DNA from: Eledone cirrhosa
Lineage: Eukaryota
DNA: 64,000 nucleotides
Assembly (NCBI GenBank): GCA_964016885.1
Contig: OZ024743.1
Location: 3,906,001-3,970,000 of the forward strand
Reading direction: 5' to 3'
Made by a program: the position numbers and the translations under genes. Positions 55,201-64,000 of this stretch are shown in pieces. The first letter of the stretch is position 1, and the number at the start of each line of letters is the position of its first letter. The notes below the pieces were generated by a model, which saw only the letters and a list, made by a program, of their open reading frames with translations, ran no database searches and was not told the DNA's origin.

Positions 55201-58200
55201 GGGAAGTTTCAGCTGGAAATATTACCTTCCTCGAATAATGGAACCGATCCGAACATTCAGATGTGTCTTCTTTCTATGCTATACTAAATAGTCAAACATC
55301 GTTGTCAAATTTAACCCTTCAGCAATGCCTTCAGAATCAGTTTTATATTAGTTAATTATTCGCTTTAATCAAGTTGTTTACATTAGTAAAAGGAATCGTA
55401 TCTAACAAAGTTTATAGGCGGAACAATTACTGGGGTTAAATGTTACTAATCTGTATCGTATTACCGATGCTGTCTTGTATCGATAAGAAAAACACATAAA
55501 TGAAAAGTTGCCTTTCATTCACCTTATCTACATGCAGTTCTTCAGCAGCGCTGCAATTAAGTTGTGGCAGCTTAAAAAGGGTTAATCTTCAATAGTTCAG
55601 AGTAACCTATTTTAAGTAGATACTATAGGGTTAAATCCCGGGATATTGAAAATTTGAAGTGTTGTTCGTTTTGAGTGCTGAATTCAAAATATTCTATGGC
55701 TTTTGATAGAAGTATTCAATACACCGCTCTGATATGAAAATCTCTCGTGACTGCGCCAATGGCAAATGCAAATTCTAAATTAAATTGATAAGGTGATCAT
55801 CATTTTAATATTGTATCGGAATTAGGCATTCGCTTATAATGATATAATTTGTTTGAAGGAAAACGGCATATGTTGTAATATATTAACCATTACATTATTT
55901 CAACCTTGGTAATATGAGACATTACGATAAAGGGATATACAAATACACTAATGTTGAGGACTTTCAAGTGATTCAATCAGAGAGGGGAATTCTTTAAAGA
56001 TAATCATTTCACTTTCCCGCAAACGAATTACTTTTCTTTAAGATTATCTCATTCATATTTGTGAGTGTCATAAACTTTTCACCTAAAGCAATTCCCCAAA
56101 CTTTCTTTGATTCTTTTATGAAGTATATACTTGTAATACTACTCCCCATACACTTAACAATACTCTTAACAATAAGTTTGCCATTTAATTAAACATATTT
56201 CTGTACGTATTTCAATCCATTCGATCGATGACTCTACTGTCGAAGATGCTTCACAACACAGAACTGACGCGCTAGCACGAATATAATATATTAAAAACAA
56301 CACTTCACTAAACCATGAAAATAGAATTCATCATATATGGTTCAAGCATCTTTTCAGTCATCAAATTTTCAACTCAGTAGCTTATGTCTCCTACACTTGT
56401 TAAAATTACATACTTCGACCCTGCAAATCATACACATCTCAAAACTATTAATAGACCAATTGTAAACATTTCTTATCGAACACTCTCAAACTTATAACAT
56501 TTTTATCCAACAAAATTTCAATTAAACTAGGCCATTTCCAGTCTTTTTTTCCAACCATCCAGCTGTATTCAAGAATCAGCACACCTCTTCTTCCATAAAT
56601 CAACACAAAAAGAATTACTTACTGAACTAAAGTTAACTGCAGCACAGTCTCTATATCATACATTGGATTAACAGCAAACTCACTCATTTTGATATCGCGT
56701 TATTCGAATGTGTCTGGAATGTGAAATAGAATGAGAAATATAACGTTAAATAGAAAATTATTTGTTTCACTAATCTTCATTTCCTCTCTTATATTCCTTG
56801 TTAACTTTGGACATCCGAAGAGCTAGAAATATTACTTATTGATGAATCTCTTCTTAACCATCTCTTCAGAATGTATCTTTGCATGGTTTCTGGAGAGGTT
56901 TTAGGTAATATAAACACTTAAAGAGTATTCCATACATCTTCAAAAATTTAGATTCTCCTTTCATTTATTCCTTAAGTATACTTTCCACTTAAAGAATTGT
57001 TATTGCTAATTCTAACCATTACCGAATTTCTCAATAGATTTCTAGCCGAATCATTAATTACGTGAATGTTCATTAAATATAACAAATTTCGTTACTCGCC
57101 CCCATTTCAAATCCTCCCTGTGTGCTGTTAATTACCTCGTTCCACTCCACGAGTCTCTCACGTTTCTCCTTTCTCGTGTCCTCCACATTCCTTTCATGTA
57201 TAATGAGAAATTTTCGAGGGGCTTTTCCATATAATATTTGAAAATTCGAGATAATCCTTAAGCAATTGTAGTACTGATACATAACATTTCGCAATGAATT
57301 ACTATGATAATCTAATTCTTTTTTTTTTACTCAGTCCTGCCTGTATTAACATAGAAAACATGTTTCCTAAAGTACATATTTGTGTCACTGTGTGTGTGTG
57401 ATTGTGCGATGAAGGGTGTGTTGCATTGGCTAACAAAATGGCATTTTTACTATCATGAAATTTAGTAATCCTCCGTAGAAATGGGGCCTTGATCCACACA
57501 TACACAGTCGTGTGTAATCAGAGATATTTCCAACCTGGAGTTGAAATTAGTGACTATCACGTTAGACACACACTGAAACACATATACCCCTCCCCACACA
57601 ACCACTCCACACACATTATACTAGTGAATTTACATCGATATACAATAAATACAATACATTGTAAATCTGGCGTTAACATACCAAAAACCGTGTTTGTGTG
57701 TAGTCTTCAGGAAACAAAATTATGTATGTTTCCTTTAGGAACAGTAAAGGCTTCATGTTTGGAATAAGGTACAACGGGTACGGTACAAAAACTGGACAAC
57801 GGTTAAACTGAAACTGGCGGTCGGCTGTATAAAAAATAATTCCTACGTTACATTTGCTGGTAGTATATTCAAGCAAGCTAGAGGTATACCAATAAGCAGG
57901 AATCCTAGTTCGTCCCTGGCGGCTTTATATTTATCCCCATGTTCGTTGGCTTGTCTAATAAGGTTAAATAAAATGAGGATAGGCCTGATTATGTAGCTGG
58001 ATGGGAATTTCGAAGACTAGCTCCACAAAATCTATCCGAGGAGTTCAGAGGTCAAAAGCAATGCTTGCGACGTTAACAGGGTCAATTCTTTAGACGTCGA
58101 TAGTGACGAAAGTTTACAATAAGACTAGGTATTTTAGTTTTACGGTGTATTTGATACCCTTCACCTCCAGCTGTATACTCATGTTAATGGGTTACAATAT

Positions 58201-59309
58201 TAAGATACAGTAGGTTAAGTGACCAGGTAATGTGTTTTGTTATGCAAAAGATTAGGAGCTTATTGGTATTATGACTGGACATTGATTTGAATGATAGGTG
58301 AGTTTTGTATTTCCATTGCAGTAGCATTGCAAGTTAGGGTCGGTGGCACACGTATCTATAAATAACAATGTATTTCACCTTATATGATTTCAGCTTACTT
58401 TCAAATGGCAGACTTGACTGGTGTTCTTGGAACTTATGGGTGAGGGTGCATGTGTGATTCGGCCTCACTTCGCTCGTTTTGCTGGCATAACTGGTGTACC
58501 GAGCTCTTTGAACTTTGCGGTGAGGCTGGGGTTCTGATTGATAAGCATGCTCACCCTTGAAAAGCATGCTTTGAAATATGAAATAGCTTTTAAATGGTAA
58601 TTTCGGGCCGATATTCTTCAACTCTATGGGTGGGAGTGTGGATTTCGGCTTCCTTTCGTTTTGCGGGCTTTACTGACTGACCAGGTTTCTTTGTATCTTG
58701 TGTTGGGAGTACGGTCTCAGTTGGCAGGCATGATTCTGTCGAAGTGGATGAACACGAGGTGCTTCGGCTAGATAAAACGTTTTTAGACAAGACTCCATCT
58801 GGTTTTTTTTTATATAAAATTTAGTGTTATTTACGAATTCTCATACATATATATTATGGCGGTTTGAAGTATGCCTATGTGGTAGTTTGATATTGTATAT
58901 TTATGTAATATTTATCTGTTTGGATTAATTGCATTTATTTCGATAATAATTATTTTCACTGAAATATAGCTCGATAACTTTATCTAGTGTTGTATAAACT
59001 GTGGCATTTCCTGGTGCAAACGTTCTTTAGTATTTTGTTTGCCTCGGTCGGCTTTAGGATTTATCAGTCTGTTGTTACGTTGATACTGAATTGCTCCGAT
59101 TAGTGGTTCTTCTTTGATCCTATTTCATGGCAACACGCCGGTAGTTTATTCGGGATTTAGAATTTCTTCCGGTGGCTCAATTTGGTGGTTCATTTTTGAC
59201 TGGTTAAAATAGTCTTAAAGAACATGTAAGACACCAGAACGGAAGAAATGGGCTCATATGCTCTGTTACGTGCCTAGTCAAAAGTACAGCGAAAGCTTCT
59301 AATTCAACT

Positions 59310-59920
59310 CTAATATTTAGAAAGTGATTGAAATATATATATATCTAAAATAAACATATGAAACAATGATAGGGAATAATTTGTAAAAGTGTGTAAGCAC
59401 ACATAGCTTGGTAGGTAGCTAATTAAAGTTTAACTAGAACTTTAAATATAGATACCTTATAAATTGATTAATCTTCCTCGTATATATTTCATTAAAGAAA
59501 TATATTTCACCATCAATCGATCAGTAAACCTCAGTAGCCAAATCCCGCATTTTCAACAAGGGAGAAGATCTAACTATCTGTGTTTACACAGCAAATTCAA
59601 ATCTGCGAATGACTAGCAGCATGTGTTGCATTTTTTAAAAATACACACATCGTACCAGCTTCATCCCAGTCCAGTGGCGTGAATAGGGTTATCGACAACT
59701 AGAAATAGCAGCTGAGTCCTTTCAACTGAGTTAGCTCTACAATTAAGGGGCCGTATATATATCCAAAATTAAATTAAAAGTTAGAGAGACATGCGCCATA
59801 TCCACTGTAGAATATGCTCCAAGATTCCAATGAATAGATCCGAGCATTTTATATCAACTAGAAATTGATTGACATATATATAAATCTAAAATAAATATAT
59901 GAAACAATCACAGGGAATAA
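59310..59920 (+). repeat. Interspersed repeat with an internal ~545-bp periodicity; another copy at 9345-9640
   Basis: Shared blocks tccaaaattaaatta..gagagacatgcgccatat and catgaaacaat..agggaataatttgtaaa. Confidence 0.7.
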
Positions 59921-60247
59921 GATGTATGTGATAATAACATTTTCTTTCCTCCCAACTTAAACCTTTCTACATTTACATGCTAACTCCGTTGTGTACATAT
60001 TTCAACCATAATGTTTTACTTAGTCGAAAGACACCTGAATATTTTCCTGTACACTCATTGTTTTGTTATTGTCTCACATGCATCTACTTCTTCTGGAAGA
60101 TATAGAATTCAATTCTCAGTAGCGGCCACTCACCACTATTTTTCGTCCTTATGGATATTTTACCTGACTTTCATGTTATTATTAACAACATTCGGCTGTT
60201 TTAAGAGCTATTTCTCTTGTTTGAGTTTCCCATTTTTCTATGAACTA

Positions 60248-60321
<74 letters not shown>

Positions 60322-60323
<2 letters not shown>

Positions 60324-60440
60324 AGGAAAAAAGGTGAAATCGAAAATGCAACTGGAGTCTTTTTTTAAAAAATATATATTCATTTGGTTCCTTTACCAGT
60401 TTCGCAGTTCTTGTGCTTTTCAAAAGTAGAACCGAGATGG
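60322..60440 (-). mobile_element. Truncated pLTR of the same Neptune family with a mutated HHR (60390-60427)
   Basis: Homologous to 22474-22620. Confidence 0.8.
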
Positions 60441-60456
60441 AGGGTTTGTGGTTTTT

Positions 60457-60589
<133 letters not shown>

Positions 60590-60615
60590 ATATATATTTC
60601 TACTACCATTTTAAA

Positions 60616-60702
60616 GGGTCCGTCGAGCTGCCAATTATAGAGTCGGGTAAGATCGATACAGATCGAACCTTGAGCTGATCAGTGGCGAAACGCGCGTCAC
60701 CT
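60616..60702 (+). ncRNA. Degenerate long-stem-II hammerhead
   Basis: gggt-CCGTCGA-gctgc..gtggc-GAAA-cgcgcg-TC-acct, then AATAAA. Stem II resembles that of 38004-38096. Confidence 0.5.
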
Positions 60703-60764
60703 ACCAATAAATGTAATGAAGGAGTAACCAATCGTCCTTGTTGTCCTTTCAATATATATACTTC

Positions 60765-60960
60765 GTTTTTGAATGAGTTTTGCAACATTCCTTATCTGAA
60801 GACGTGTGTTGAAACAGATGTTGTTATATTTTGGGAAGGTCATGTTGCCAATAAAACACACGCACCAGTTGATTAACATTTCAATTTATTATAAATTTCC
60901 GGTTGGCTGGTTCAATAACCGGATGGTTTATATATTGTCAAACTCTTTCGTGACACGAAA
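60765..60960 (-). mobile_element. Diverged pLTR fragment of the 5236/29965 PLE family
   Basis: Homologous to 29975-30200. Confidence 0.7.
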
Positions 60961-61049
60961 TAACACGGGGAAAGCACGTGAATGTTTAGTCAACATTTTC
61001 GGTCGTTGTATAATGGTTAATATTGCTTCTGAAGATATACAATACGTAA

Positions 61050-61177
61050 TAATTGTTTCTAGTTTAGGCACAAGGCCAGCAAATACCCAGTACATTACTG
61101 GTACTTTATTTTATCGACCCCGTAAGGATGAAAGGCAAAGTTAACCTCGGCGAGATTTGAACTCAGACTGCAAAGGG
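61050..61177 (-). mobile_element. SINE copy (partial)
   Basis: Homology to the family. Confidence 0.8.
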
Positions 61178-61313
61178 ATACTTTATATTCATTATATTTT
61201 CCCTCTTTTACTAAATTGCAATAATATAAACAGTAGTTGAATAAGATGTATTGAATTGCTTATATTTGTATAGCTATTAAATGCTTTAAGAAATCTACTG
61301 TTGTCTCATCTTG

Positions 61314-61383
<70 letters not shown>

Positions 61384-64000
61384 ATAGATAGAGAGATAGA
61401 TAGATACTTACATAGTTCATGTTCAATAGCTTGTGCACTATTACTTAAGATACCGTTATAGATCAGAAAATGATTAATAACTCTCAAAGACAAATAAGAA
61501 GTTAATCAACAAATCGTCTCGTAGTAGATTAATTTTCATTTAAAGAAAATTATCTATTTTCCAAATGTCACTGATGTTTGATTATATTTCAATAAATACA
61601 GAATAATAAACAGTGATAACGAAACAAAACGTCGAAAGTTCATTCATTGGCAAAATATACAAATTAATGAAAATTATGTATCGCTATTAGTTATCGTATT
61701 AATCATTGAAACTAAGATGATGGAATTTATATAGCTTGTTTGTAGTATGAACTAAAGTTAAGGATCATGGCTAGTAGCTTTCAGTGCTTCTGGAATTATG
61801 TAAAGATACGTCTAGTAAAAGAAGATGATAGACTCTTCCATTGGTATAGAGACACTGGAACGCTACAAAAGACAGCAAAAATTGTAATGCGATTACAATG
61901 GGTGTTTCTTACGTGAATGTGTAAAGGTATTTTGCAAGAGGTCTCTAGACGTTTGCTAGCAGGTAATCATACATTGTGTTTTAAACGCTACGTGCTTGTT
62001 GTTGTTGGTTTTTGTTTAGCTCAAGTTCAAATCTGATTGAACAGACTTTATGATGAACAACTGACATGATCATTCCATTTTTCGAGGAACATAGGACTAC
62101 ATTACTCAATTTTTAAAATGGTTGTGTCAAATATGGAGGAATTGGCTATTATGTTTAGAACGTTGAGCAAAATGACAGAAGCATCACCACTGACTCGACA
62201 ATTTAATGTGACATTATATATATGATTCATTGACACGAAAAGAAACAGTTAGTTGAGGCAACGCTTTGAGTAGGTGTAGTTTATTTCATCTCATGGGAAT
62301 GCTTGGAAGACCGTATGAAGTGAAATGCCATCGGAATTGATATTGCTTAGCTTATGAAAACAATTGTTATTGAAAATGTTTGCTTCTATCTCACGAAGAG
62401 ATGATTATCAAACAACAAAATATCCATTTATACAAAATAATCTATATATATTTTATAACGTACCTAAACAAAAAACGTTTTCCAATACACATTAGTACAA
62501 CTTTAGATGTATGAATAGAAAGTATTATAATAATATCAGGATGGTCAGAAATTAATGCTCTAAGATTCTATATCTCGGTTCAGAATAAATTTTATTGGAC
62601 CTTTTCTATTGGCCGGTACTGGGCACAGTATTCCTCTGTTGTTACTGGTTTCACCAGGAATCAGAAAGCCTTAGTGGATTAATCTGACTGTGGACGACTA
62701 AACAGTCTGAAAGCTCTATTGTTGCTCACGTTCAGGACTATAAATGTACCGTACGGTTCCAGAAACATCGTCCATATTCATGCTCCAGGCCTTATAAAAC
62801 AGCACTGCTATTCTGCTTCAATTTCAGACTGACTAAATGATGTGTAGATCTCAAAGTTGTAAAATGTGGATGCTAGTGCGCATGTATCAACATTCCTAAT
62901 CTCGCTGCGATCAATACGTAATTATTTGAGGTAGTTAAGCAAGTGCTCTTGCCTCCAGGGTAATTCTAAGTTACATGCATTTATACATCTTATCCTATAG
63001 CAGCTGTGCTGGCAAGAAAGAGGGGATGGAGAGAAAACCTCTAGGTGCCATTAGAGATCAGGTGTTTTGGTTTTAATGGCCACTTGGGGTTCCTCTGGGA
63101 AACTGTTTAGGCGTTAACTGGCTAATTTGACATTAGGGTTATCAGTGTCATATGAGAAATTTGACTTCATTGTTTTGTATGTCTGTATGTTGATTTTTAG
63201 TTTAAAGGTTTGTCCTATGAAAAACATTCATTCTTGATAGTGTCTCTCACTAGCACAAAGTTTGATGCTGGTGTGTTTGTTGTGTTTTTCAGCTGGTTTT
63301 GTTATTACGTGTGTTTTCTCTTCGCTATCTTAGTGGTGGTGGCGGATGAATTGGTACTGTTGTTGTTGTTGCTGGAGGTGGTGTTGTTTTGATGCTTATC
63401 GTTCACTCATATATCACCTGTAATTGAACATGAAGACCAGCTTTGAAGTCAAGTAAAGATCTGCCTTGATGACCTATAAACATATAAGTTGCCTAAACAT
63501 GCAGTCAGATTAATTGCTGTTTGGATGAAGATTTTTGAGGATGTTAATATATGTAATCTAACCAGTGAGAGCTACTGATAAATTCCAGAGAATACCCAGG
63601 GAAAATGCGACGAAATTTTACAGCCATAGTAAAATAGAAAATCTATTTATTATTATTTATATCAACGTTAAATATTTCTACTCTCTATGCAACATTGCTT
63701 ATCCTTTGTCTTCTTAAATGATTTAAACAATAGGGAGTCCAATAATGAACAAACCAGCAGATGATTCATGATTTATGGCGTTTCGCAGAAAAATCTCATC
63801 TCTCATTAGGATCAGAAACTGGTAGCCAGTTTTACGAAAGCATTACAAGCTGTGATTAGGAATATTTCAATCTTACTTAAAGTTGCGTAAGAAGATTCAA
63901 TTAATCTTACTTATATTCACCTTCTGCAGTTGAATGCTGATGGTGCAGCAAGCCTGTAAATGTCGCATATTTCATGAAATAACTGGCTTCGTCTTAAGGT

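Noticed and set aside
56866-56910. Candidate globin exon 2 (ttcag|AATGTAT...|gtaat)
   Set aside because: The translation MYLCMVSGEVL lacks the CD1 Phe and E7 His pattern.
57673-58790. Minus-strand ORF fragments, possibly an old TE ORF
   Set aside because: No diagnostic motif recognised.
60795-60830. CTGAAGA-cgtgtgtt-GAAA second HHR-like motif (also at about 30003 and 6150 -)
   Set aside because: Stems I and II do not pair convincingly.

Overview
AT-rich, microsatellite-dense animal genomic DNA. The repeat landscape resembles an octopus/cephalopod genome (inference only). One clear host coding exon is present: the first coding exon of a globin (13012-13157, +) ending at the conserved B12.2 intron. 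I found no further globin exon, so the rest of the window probably lies in a >50 kb intron. The window is dominated by Penelope-like retroelements (PLEs) inserted in (TA)n tracts. One is a young, near-complete Neptune-type PLE (22474-28743, -) with tandem plus inverted pseudo-LTRs. It carries an extra upstream ORF1 joined to the RT-GIY-YIG ORF by a U_UUU_UUA -1 slippery site. There are also a Naiad-like fragment, several GIY-YIG fragments and many short fold-back PLE ends. These carry more than 20 type I hammerhead ribozyme (HHR) motifs from about 10 families, including U3-A8 core variants, long-stem-II forms and palindromic dimer-type stem III. Most HHRs are followed closely by AATAAA, and several PLE ends share an ACTC..GAGTRC hairpin 40-55 nt from the terminus. 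Also present: a decayed RTE LINE, an R4/Dong-type RLE fragment, a non-autonomous Helitron that splits a hammerhead, about 12 tRNA-derived SINE copies, and mini/microsatellites. All structures were read by eye; no folding or database search was run.
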